Positions 14,601 through 26,561 of a stretch of DNA of 64,000 nucleotides are shown here, in pieces (position 1 is the stretch's first letter; the number at the start of each line of letters is the position of its first letter). The notes beneath the pieces are model-generated. The model did not search any database, was not told the origin of the DNA, and saw only the letters and a list, made by a program, of their open reading frames with translations. The position numbers and the translations under genes were made by a program. Source of the DNA: Trichinella spiralis (Eukaryota); the NCBI RefSeq assembly GCF_000181795.1, contig NW_003526945.1, forward strand, positions 955,766 through 1,019,765, in the 5' to 3' direction.

Positions 14601-17600
14601 ATTAATAATTGATTAAATTTCAATCGATTGAGTACAATGTATAGTTTCTTCAAAAAAATGCACACATGTGGATAGTTGGGCAAGTGGTATGAAAAATTAA
14701 TAAGATTAAATGTAAATTTATGAGATTAAGCATATTTTTTATTTTAACCTCTTTATTGGCAGTTATAAAAAAGTTGATTAGAATTCCTAGACAAAAGAAA
14801 ACTTGTTTGCATCCTTGCCTTTTTTTAATGACAGCAGTCGTTAACATTAGCTGAGAAGCGACACGACCTAATTGCATTATTGCAATCCTGATGAGATTAT
14901 ATCCAAGCAATGTCGACCTGGCTTATTTCAACTCCAACTTTTACCACAGATTAGAATTGGAATAATTGAATATACACCGGAAGGTGGAATGATTGGCTCC
15001 CATCGTAATTATTTATTGGACTTCCGACTGATCAAAGGAAATAATCTATAAGTAGAGAGGATCGGATCACAGGGCTCAGGTCAATGCTTTGTTGTTCAGC
15101 AGTTGGGGGGGGGACCAGTATTTCCCATTCTATCCGGTTTTCTTTTGTTCCGCTAGCTTTAAAGCAGATGAGCCAAACCGAGCAGCGGTTATGTGCAAAT
15201 TTGGCACCAATTCCTCAGTGCGAATGCTTTTCACCGAAGAGTATTTCTTCAAGCATGCAATAAGCACACACGCCAGTGCCACTTACAAACGGCGGCACTG
15301 GCTTAAGCAAATTCAAATTTCTATTATGAATTGTTTAATTATCTTTTAAGATGTATTTAGCCTTAAGCAGTGCATACGCTTGTCAACATAAACTGACGTT
15401 TAATGCTTTCCTATAGTGAGTGCTTTGAGTATTACTGTTTTCAATTATTTTCACTTTGCCATTATTAACATAAACAATATTGAATGTTCTTCACAATAAA
15501 TCAATAATTTTTTTCATTATTACACTAAATAATACACAAATGAGGTTCTTTTTACTAAATGAAGCTCATAGTAAAAGGTGATTTTTATGAGAAGAAATTT
15601 TAAAGTTTAACTTTAAAAGCTTGTTAAATCATATTTTACAAATAGGGTTAGCTGAAATTAAGTACAAATGATGTTTTGCTGATATGCAGGAAAAAAATAA
15701 TACTGTTTTCAAATTTCAAGTATGTACAATTATTGACCATGTAATTTTATCATCTGAAAAAAATTAACTACGCTATTACTGCTTTATTCAATTTCTAGGC
15801 ATAAGCTAAAAAACCAAGTTGAAAAAACAGTCAATCAAACTGTCAAATGAATTAACTTTATGGACTTTGAATGAAATAATACGAAATTCATGGAATAAGA
15901 TACTTTGAATAATTTTTGAACATTTTTAATTTTAATTTTTTTCTACAGTTTGAGCATGTAAAAATTACTGCTTGAAAAAGATATATCAGTGAAAGAAACA
16001 TTAGTACATAATCTGAATACTGATCGATCATCTTTACTGAATAATAATGTGCCCTTTTTTCATTTTAATTACATACTGCATATTTATTTAATAAAAAGAA
16101 ATGAATAAATAGTTTGTAATTCAATAAATAATGTTGAAATGCTGTTTTCAAAAATGTTGAATATTGTGATCAGTATTTGATGAAGAAAGTAAAATTAGCA
16201 CAAACTGATCTTGCAAAAATTTGCTTTACAAACCGTTGTTTCATGAATAAACTAGAAACAACGAAAAACGTATTATATTGATCAACTAGTTTGTGTTAAG
16301 CAGAGAAGCAATGTGCTTCTATTGATAAGCTGAAATGAACTTGAACATTCTTATAAGTGTTCAATTAATGCTAGCTTGTATCGAAGAAATTTAATTTGAC
16401 AGATGAATAAATTTTACCATCTGCAAGGGATAGCAATGTATATTTTGTTTGCTTACAAAATCTAAATTGTAAAAGTTCAAAAATATTGTACGTGCTTTTG
16501 CATGGACTAATTTCAGGAAAAATATCTTCACTGAATTTTCATGTAAATTGCATTAATATTTGACAAATAATGAACTGAATGAATGTTGAATTTCAAAAAT
16601 CAAAGTTGCTTCACAAATGAAAATAATAATAATTTCAAAAAAGAAATCTCATTAAATAAAAAGAAATATTGCTTGCACATAATGAGCAATATTTTTTTTT
16701 GCAATTTCCTTTCTGCAATCTTTAAAAATTTCTGCAATCAATAATAAGTTTACTTTTAATGAAAAAGTTTATTCAAAATTGCTCTTTGTATAAGATTGAA
16801 AAGTAGTCTTTTTATTTAATAAAATTGTTCAATAAATAAAAATAAAAAAATGCAATATGCTTTTCATCACATTTTGCAATTCATGAAGAAATTATTCTTA
16901 TTATGCAATTAATAATTTACCGATGCATATTTTTTTATTTGATTTTACACGCTGCTGATTCGGGCGTTGCTAGTTTTTGGAAATAAATATCCGTTTGGCA
17001 TTTTATCAAGTGAATTTATATTATTCAAAAGTACAGCAAAATTGCAAGTAGAAGCAAGTTGGTTTGTGATTTAATTGATTTTAGAAATTTCAAAGAAAAC
17101 CAACATTTCAAAGCTGCATTTAATAAGAAAGTGCAATTTTTTCTTCAAATGAAATTCTTCAAAATGGAAGCAACAATTATTAGATTTATTAATTCAAGGA
17201 GTCTGGTTTTTAATCGATTTACTGAATCGCATCAAAATTAAAACGCACTGACAAAAATTATTAGCTATGTTGAATTTCAATTTCACCACTGCCCCTCTCT
17301 TCTCTCCAGTGTTCATTTTCAAAGGTTGAAATGAAAAATAAATTTAATACTTTTGAATCAAGAAAAAGAGAAGTTACATTTTGCATGAAAAAATTTTGAT
17401 GCCTGCTTGAATTCTGTCAAAAACATCTTCTCACGCTCAGATAAACCGACTAATATATACAGACGAATGAATTAACGTTGCAAAATATTGCATTGCACCG
17501 CTGTGTGAGCAATGCAGAGTAGTAGTAACTGATGGAAAAAGTGCCGGAAGAATTTTTGAATAATACACATTGAACAAATGCAGCTTGAATACCAGAAAAT

Positions 17601-18442
17601 GGTCAGTAATAGAAATGTGGTTAGTGCACTTTCATATGGACAAATAGAAAAAAATTTTTAATTTGCAAACTGAGCAAAAAAGATTTGCTTCTGTCATAAT
17701 TTTACCAAATATAATAATAATCCCCTTTCATATTCATCATATTCGAGAGGGCAAAATCGACTGACGGAATACTCAAAATTTTGAAAACTTTCAATTTTAA
17801 ATTGAAAAAGAAACAAAGAAAAACTCAATGACAATTTGCGTTAATTTATTTCATTTTATTTTTGCAATGCCATCTAATGAAAAGCATTTCGTTGACAACC
17901 TTAACCTAATAAAAGGTTCATCATATAATTAAATTACTGTTTACGCTATGTGAAAATGCTCACTTTTAAAATATACGTCTGATAAAATTGGTTGAGTGAA
18001 TTTGAAAAAAAGGAAATTAATTCAATTTTTATTTTACCAGAATTTTCCATTTAATTCCATCTCTGCAACGAGAATCACTCTTCAAAAGCAAAACGACATC
18101 GAATACTTTTTTTGTTTTATAAATTTCACCATTTGCTAAAGCATTATTTTTGTTCAGATCAAAGTTTAAAATCATTAAAAGTTTCCCATAATCGGTCTGA
18201 AACAATTTTTAAATGCTCCACTGTTGATCTGTTGGAAAAGAAAAGCGAATCTAATCAATATGCAAATTACTCTCTTGCAATTTTACATCTGCAATCGTAT
18301 TTGATAATTTTACCAACTATTCTTATTGCAATCATTAAAAAATTTTAATTCTTCAATATACTTTAGTAAAGTAAAGTTAAATAAATAAGTATATGTACTT
18401 ACTTTCTTCAAGTTTCATTTTTTGCAAATTGCTGTCGACCAT
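2690..18442 (-). CDS. KAZN: Kazrin (liprin-related coiled-coil protein with three SAM domains), ~1015 aa, 12 coding exons
   Basis: Phase-consistent GT-AG exons: 18442-18403, 13685-13525, 9578-9407, 7573-7247, 7177-7017, 6192-6046, 5990-5630, 5559-5271, 4630-4396, 4225-3957, 3678-3564, 3460-2690. The coiled coil ELLQAREALFATQADQKRLRHEKAELFNQMKEL..EFVRTLEQRVQES matches the kazrin motif. Three SAM domains: WKLAHITAWLRLEMGM..HKKKLRLAL, FLPSIGLPQYSNLFLNNLVDGRVL and WWTNERVIKWVQQIDLAEYADNLRQSGVHGA. The three 5' exons are less certain than the rest. Confidence 0.85.
7352..7406 (-). repeat. Coding (GCA/ACA)n trinucleotide repeat giving a Thr/Ala tract in kazrin
   Basis: ctgctgctg..gttgctgttgct on the + strand; translates as TAATTATATATAAAAAA on the - strand. 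Confidence 0.8.
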
Positions 18443-21274
18443 GATGCAGTTGCTACATTTATTCGATGCAAGCCGACTTTTTTCTAAAATATTGGCATAA
18501 ACTTGAAGTATTAATTGTGAAATCGATTTAAAAATATCATACAAAATGAGCATTTGAAAATATTATAAAGGCTTGTTTAAACTTCAATCAGAGGTGACAT
18601 GATTTGACTTGTTGAAATTGGTTGAAATAGAAAATAGAAAATTACCGGTTTCTGATAAACAACTATGGCTACATGCAGCTCATTCATTCTTCGCTCATGG
18701 TTGCTTACTTTGCACAGCATGCACAACGTAAATAAAGTGTTTACTATGTTTATTTTCATAATTCATATTAATTCCACTAATTCATATGTATTTTTTTTCA
18801 ATGATAAGATGAGAATTTTTAAACTTGAATAAATCGCAATTACTTACCAATTTATTTTTACATATCTGATGTGAGGCATTGGTATTTTTGTTTAAAAAAG
18901 CATTTTCGAATGAATCAAATGAAAATAGAAAAGCAATGAGTGCAAAACAACAATTCAACAGCATCATTTAATCACTAGTAATGAAGCAGCGTCAATCACT
19001 TAGCCAACAATGCATTCATAGTTGTTTGCAATGCTCTCGCACAAATGATATCAGATTATTTGCATATTGATGTTTGGACAGTTTCTTATCTAACAGATAC
19101 GTATGGATTACAATTTTTGATTAAAAGCAATTGCCTATTTGATACTTTAGCAAAATACTTAGAGCAAACCCCAGTCGTCTCCAGTTTTACATGAACTTGT
19201 CCATTTTTTATTATACAGCATGAATTAGAAATGAAATGTTTTTTCAATTTAAAAAATATCTAATTGCAAATTAAATTTTTCAAATCATTTTACATATTAT
19301 AACACAGTGAAAAAAAATTTTTTTCTAAAAATAAAAACAAAAAGAGCATTGTAAAATTATGTAATAACCGCTTTAATAAACAGCACAACTTCTATAAATT
19401 ATAGTAAAATTCCGTGAATTATTGTTTCATTTATTTTCGTCAGACATGCATATAATTTATATCCGCTTGCAATGATGCAATTTTAAAAATAATATACAAT
19501 CAGGAACAGTTTTTCAACTGCAATATGTAAATGTGAAATTTTTTGAAGTTGGATTTTATTATGTCATCAAATTTTAAATAATGAAATAATAATTTTTTAT
19601 AAATAATTATTTTATTGTAAAATTTACAAAGGTTATCGCATGAACTTTTAGAATTATTCAAAAATTCAAATTATTAAAAAAAATAAAAAATATAAGAAAG
19701 ATCTATTTATTAGAGACACTAATTTTATCAGCTGCGAAGCTATAAAGCAATAATCTACGACAGAATTAGTATACAGAAGCTTTGTTTTGCTGCAAATATT
19801 ATTTTACAAAATTTACTTGTTGTATAAATGTTGCTGAAGTTTTCTTTGTGGGTTCTTCGAATGACTGAGTAGTTGACAATCGATATTGCTTCTTTGCTTT
19901 GTATTTAACCAATATTACTTGCAAAAAGCTTAAATAACAAGATGATCAGCAGGATTGCTTCCTATTGGTCACCTACTTTGAAAAATATAATTATTCACTG
20001 ACAATTACTGTATTTGCAGTGTAATTTCAATTTGCAAAAATCGCTTATAAACAAGAAATTTTCTCATAGCAATGCAAATTTATTTCTATTTTTATCTTTT
20101 CAACTTATGTGACTTAATATTAATATGTGCTTCAAAAAATAAATAATGTAATGTCCATGCATGCTGTTTTTGAATTTTTTGCAAAAAACTTCAAAATGAT
20201 GTTAAATTATTATTGAATAATAATATGCAAACAAGTCAGCTAGTGTTTTAGCATTTTTGGGCAGATTTATATTAAAATTGTTTAAATAAAGGCATGAATT
20301 TTTGAGAGATTAATTTAATAGCTTTCAAGTTAGCTAGCTGTTCAGCTAGCTGTACCTTTTTAAGATGAAGTAGTGGTGTCGGTTGATAGATAATTGAAAA
20401 CTTTTGAACAAAAATTTATCTATTATACTCCTGCGCAACAATGAGCAGATAAATAAAATACACCTTTTGTGCATTGTATATATGTCAACATTTTCATAAA
20501 AGTAAAATTCATCGTAAAATTTCGTGTAAAAAGTAATGATTACGAAAAAAAAGTATTATTTAATTGTCGAATTAGCAAAGTAGTAAGTGAATTGTTGAAT
20601 ATATTGATAGTGTTGTAAGGTATCATTTCGAAACTTAACGTAGCAGAACACTGCACAATATGCATAGGGTATAAGGCAGGAAAAAGAAATAATCGAACAA
20701 TCATCATCACAAAGTGCCGCATTTGATAAATTTATTTTTGTTGTAAATGTGAAAAGTTAAAATTATTCAAAATTTATAAATGATAGTTTTGTTTTTGGTT
20801 TTTATGCAGGCCAATGCCAGCCAATGTAGAAAACAATGTCAGTATGCGAGTGTTGGTTTGAAATTGTTGTCCAAATTGAGCAGTTGATGATTAATTATTT
20901 TTATTTGCAATACTTGTAGTGAGACTTTTCTCCGCAGAATATATAAAATTGATCACAAAATTTATGATTGTGCAACACATAAGACTTCTTTTTCCAATTT
21001 TCAAAAATGATCTATCTGCCATTTTCAACTTGACACGACAACAACCTTAAAACATGCTCAAGTGCAATTAAACGGTAGATTAAGAAAAAGATCGTAAAAT
21101 ATGTATGTTTTCAATGATATGATATGTTAAAATTGAAATTGAAGGCAAATTAAATTATGCAAATTAGAGTAGATGATCAGAATTAAAATGAAACAAAACT
21201 CATCACAAGGTAGATGGACGAACACGATGGTATTATAGATGTTGCAATTATAAGAGCTTGTACCAGCAGATATT

Positions 21275-21276
<2 letters not shown>

Positions 21277-21306
<30 letters not shown>
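21277..21306. repeat. (AT)n microsatellite
   Basis: Perfect AT dinucleotide run downstream of the FERM gene stop codon. Confidence 0.9.
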
Positions 21307-21313
<7 letters not shown>

Positions 21314-21545
21314 AATATTCATTCACAACCGGTGAGTTAAAATGGACACTTCACATACCACATACCACGGAGAATTGAAAATTAAATAAAAAGAAAAAGA
21401 AACAGAAAATGATAGCCTTAATCTACAATAATTAATAATATAAATAGAAGCATGAACAGCTGTAAAAATGGCAACTAATATAATAATAATAATAGCATTA
21501 TTATTATTATTATTAAAATCTCAGCCGTTCATAAACAACCAATAT

Positions 21546-24500
21546 CTAATTGTTCCACAAACGAAGTTGATTCCACCAATCGTATACGACTTTTTGGTAA
21601 TAGTCTAAGCGAAAGCTTCTAAATGAGAAGTAATTTCTCATGTTTTTCAAATAGATTTCACAGTCGAATTCTTGTCGTTTCATAAATCCCACATAAAATA
21701 GAATCATCATCGAAACGACAAAGGCGAAGAACATGGCCTTCTTTGAAATAGGGAAAAAATAGCCTCGCTTCTCTACAGTCAAAGAGTTTTCCATTTTTCC
21801 ATTGCTTTCTTCATTGTTCACTGCGTTTTTCGAATCGAATGCTTTCCACTGCTTGTCTTCTGCAACGTTGTGTTGTTGAACGACAACAGGTGTGGACGTT
21901 TTGAAAATTCCTTGTTGGTCCAAATCTGCATTAAAACTGCGGTGATGTGGTTCAAGTTCCATCAACATATTCAAATGAGCATTATTATTATTATTATTCG
22001 ATTGAATTTTTGCTATTCCATTAGCGGTTGGTTCTTGTTCAGAATCATGCAATACTGGCTGAGTGATTACTGTATAACGTGAAATGGATGTTTTCTTGAC
22101 AGCATTGTTGTGTTCTTCGAAATTGGTTTTGCACGAACTTGCACTGTCCGTTTTCAAATGTTCTTCTCTATTACTATTGGCAGGCAGTTCATTGTATTTC
22201 AATTTTTCTTCCAACGGCAACATATCCACCTCTGGTATATCATCCAAATCTGTGTCCATAGCTGAATAGCAATGATCAATACATTAATAATAATTTATGA
22301 ATGAACAACATTATTTTTTTATTTTTTTTACCTGAACATTCATTTAAATAAAATGAATCACGCGGTGAAGAGCATATTACACCTGAACGGCGGAAAACAG
22401 GCGGTTTACGTGGAGTGTAGTCTGAATTTTCTTTCAACTCTTGAAATACACGACCACTATAACGAAAAGTACATTTGCGATGGAAAAGTTGCCTTTTAGA
22501 ACTTTGCCTTGGCACATCAGACGCTTTTTTGCAACTGAAACGAAAACAATAAGCTAAAAATAATGCTAATCATTCAATACAAAAGTATACGTAAAAAAAG
22601 CCTTCTGCGCAAGCAAATCTTTCCACAGTTGTTTGCAATAAATCGCTGAATTGCAAATGAATCGCAACGAATTTTTCTTCTTCGCATGAGGCGACTAGAA
22701 AATTCAAAGAAAAAAAGAAGCAAAATAAAACAAACAAAAAGCATTAACGCATATAGAAATAGAAAAAAAACAATTACAAAGAATAATGTGAAAAAAATAC
22801 TGACCTGCTTGTGCAAACCGTTCGACATTGATGACAATTCATGACCATCTTCCAACTGTATGATCAACTCTTTGTTCACGAAATCGAACTTGTGAATAGC
22901 ATCCCTTTGAAAATGATAAATAAAATAATAAAATAAATGACAAATTAATGATACTGAAAATACCATTTGTAACTGAAAACTTTAGTCTGAAATTCATACG
23001 CCACAACACCACTGGGTGTCGTTCCCAGATACAAATTTACATTGTTCTCAGCCTGAATTGTTACAGATTTTAAAAAAGATCAAAAAATAATACAAAAAAT
23101 TTCCAAAATTACTATAACAGAAAACGGATGAAATCCGTAAGTTTCTAAAGTTACAGCTATCTTCAAAATATTCATGTCCGCTTCTGCCGGTGTCATACCA
23201 CTGAAAACGACAAAACCATTAAAACTACGCATGAATACAAAGAGAACAGCTGAATGATAAATTATTACACGAGAGTTTTATGAAATGCTTCAATTTTATC
23301 CTCAAGTCGTGGTATTTGATTGGGAAACATTTTAATTTTCGACACGTAGCCATCCGGATGTTCTTGTGGATTGTAGTCACCCAAAGTGCCTGAAATAGAA
23401 AACTGATAAAGCAAAGTTCCGTGAAGAAGAAAACAAAGCATCTTTTTTTTTACCTTGAAGAAAATATCCGCCCAATTGTTCAGCTTCTTTTGAAGGGCAG
23501 TACAAGCGTCTGCGTCGAATGTCACGTCTCAACTGCTTGACAAATAGATATCTTCAAAAAAGAAAAATACAAAATTTATACATAAAAAATCACTTGAAAC
23601 ATGTATCCACATACCTGGTGTATTCCTCTTTTATGATAGATGGATCCTCTGGAAAGAATCTCACACGAAGCAGTAAACATAGATGACGTAAATCTGACGC
23701 TTAAAAAATAACACAAATTTTGTCAATTTGCATAAATTGAACTCATTCAACTGGTGAATTTGCCAAAAATGTGAAATTGTATTCTCGTTTCAAAAATCAA
23801 AACCGACAACTGAAGCTTTGAACATGAAATTCATCTTGTAAACTTTTCAATAATTTCAAATGTTCAACTGTAATTATTTTCAAACATAACCTGAAAATCA
23901 TATTACGATCTACAATATATGGTTTCATTTATGCAAATTTTGAAAAGTGAACTGTACTGAATAATAATTTTGATGAAATTGTGCACAAATAAATTTTGCA
24001 GTCAAAGTTGGATAAAATATCGTAAAAATACAATAATAGCAACTGTTAATAACACAAAAATAAAAGTATATGATTTATATGAGTAAATTTTTTTAAATAC
24101 AGTTTACAGTTGTGATTTTGAAATTTGAAAAGAAAGAAAGAAAATGAAATAAAAAGTAAAATTGCGTCGATTGAAAATGAAATTATTCAAAATTCAATTT
24201 GATTTTTTGTTATTGTTCATCGTCAAAATGGAAATTAGTGATCAATTGTTGAAATTGAATATTCTCTCTCCCTCTCTCCCCCTTTCTCTTGAATTTCAAT
24301 CACAGAGAATCAATAGATCGGATGAAAAATAGAAATATAAAATTATATAATTTGATATACACAGACACAGAAAAAAAAGATATCAAAATAGGAAGAATTA
24401 TAAAAGAAAAAACCAATGTACATTTGCACAAGTTTGAACGTTTGTTACATGCTAGTCGTGTAATCCTCGGTTTTTCAAAAAAGAACAAAGAAAACAATAG

Positions 24501-26561
24501 TGTAATTTTCAATTCCTGTGGTAAATAGAATTCCAGTACTGTGAAGGCTGACAAGGTGGTGGCAAACTGGCTTAATAAAATTGTTCAAACAAGATTTCTG
24601 CCAAATGTACATTTGCAGAGTTGGTCTGTTGAATATTTAGAACAATTTTCAAATTGCAAATGACTACAACTCGACGCCCCCCTCCCATACACCGTATAAT
24701 AATTCTACAAGCCTACGCGTTCAACCTGCAGGCAAAATGATGATGCAAAACAAAAAAAAAAGAAAAATTATAATTGTAAATATTCATAAGCTAACAAATG
24801 AAGAATCATTCGTTCCTTTGTCCACAGATAGTTGGTAAAATGTATTGAAATTAGTCGAATTTATTTCCATTGGACGAAAAAGTCGATGTTTATTGAACGA
24901 GTGAAGTGAAATTAATTTTGATCAGTTGCATTTGGTTGTTGTTGCTGTTGTTTTTTGCTTTTTGCAAAAATACCTGCTTGCAACAACAATTTCAAATCAG
25001 AAGGGTAAAAAGCAAAATTTAGCACACGCACCACCACGTGGTCGTAGTAGCAACTTCGATTGGAAACTTCCCTTGCACCATAATTTGCATACCTTCGGCG
25101 TTCAGGGACAGTTGTTTTACTCATCTGATTGATGAATTGGAAATTTCTAATAGTATATTGTCTTTGCCGGCATGATTCACAACCGTACAACGTTACTTTT
25201 GCATCCTTTGATGTTGCTTGCTGATGAACACGTGATTTTTGCAACAAACAAAATAAATAATTTTTCCCCTTTTTCTTCTTCAAACTTGCCATTCAATTAT
25301 AACTTTGCAAACAAACTACGTCAATTAAAACTGGGCTAATGCTAGTTTGTTAGTTTGCTGTTTTGGGTTTGTTATTTACCACCAAAATACCATGGTAACA
25401 ATGGTTAAGCTGATAATTAAATCTCTCTCTCACACACACAGAGTAGGGTCGAATCAGGTCACTGGCAAAAAGCCAACCTACGGAAAATCAGCTTCAGCTT
25501 AACCCAGTGGATCAATGAGAAAAGCAAATCTATACTGAACTCAATGAACTACAGAGCACGTCGATAATATAATATTAATAATAACATCTCTCGCCTTTGA
25601 AACCAAATCGCAAGCTTTGAATATGCAGCATGAGCATACATGAGTATTCAATTTCTTTTCTATCATAACAACCAGCTAGTTGAACAATTTAAATACAAAC
25701 ATCAAATTAATGAAACAACGCTCTCATCATCTGCTGACATCTAAATTAGCATCACGCGAAACACAGACGTTCGCCGGCGTGACGTGCATCTTATGAGAAC
25801 AACTAGCCGCTTCTTAGTTGTCCAAGCTCTAGTCTCTAGTTTGGGCTTGATAATTTCCAACAGAGCTGTATAAAATCATTATTGATGCTCATCTGGGCAG
25901 TTCGATCGGAACCACCCGTCCAGCATCTGTGATAGAAAAGCAGAATATCGCCAAAGACGCCTGCTTTTCCGCCATTCCAAATGCTCATTAGTGGTGACAT
26001 TCGAAAAAAAAGCGAACTTGTGTTCAGAGTTTGATTTTTCCTTTATGAAAAATTCCAAAAATTTTACCGAACAAATTTTTTAATCTGCCTGGCATCCTTT
26101 TTTTCGGTATAATTATCTATCGAATTAAAAATACAAATTTAACAAACACACTTACATCGGACTTGTCGTATTATTGGCTTTGTTAGATCTATCCAATACT
26201 GAAAATGAATGAAAAAAAAACTTTTATAAAATTTAAATATATTGTACTTTGAACAAATGAAAATTTGAAACGTACACGATTTTTATCAACAAAACGCAAG
26301 CCGAAATAATCTTTTTCCGCAATATTCAACTGATCGCATACTTGATTTAACAACTGTTCGCCAGTATCGCCTTTCTAGAATTAAAAAAAACACATACACA
26401 CATAAATATATTTATATTTTAATTGAAATTAATATATTTACATTATATTCAACATCGATTGCATTGTTGTCATCCAATAGAAATACTTTACAACGCATAA
26501 CTTTCGAAACAGTACTATAACTGCCAACTCGGCTGAGCATCGTGCTGAACTTGGAATCCAT
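21546..26561 (-). CDS. FERM-domain protein, FRMD3/FRMD5-like (FERM + FERM-adjacent region + C-terminal transmembrane helix)
   Basis: Exons 26561-26442 (MDSKF..CKVFLLDD), 26374-26276 (GEQLLNQVCDQLNIAEKDYFGLRF), 26198-26156 (YWIDLTKPIIRQV), 23693-23615 (LRVRFFPEDPSIIKEEYTR), then ~23551-23454 (YLFVKQLRRDI..LYCP), ~23389-23270 (LGDYNPQEH), ~23201-23114 (GMTPAEADMNIL..LETYG), ~23052-22964, ~22904-22805, ~22694-22591 (CKQLWK..QKAFF), ~22534-22332 (FRYSGR, FA region) and 22261-21546 with the hydrophobic stretch AMFFAFVVSMMILFYVGFM. The ATG follows an AG acceptor directly, so an upstream exon or trans-splicing is possible. Confidence 0.85.

Noticed and set aside
25391..25467. tRNA/SINE-like A box (tggtaacaatgg) and B box (gggtcgaatc) in a FERM intron
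   Set aside because: No acceptor or anticodon stem can be formed, and the spacer is a CT/CA microsatellite; probably chance.
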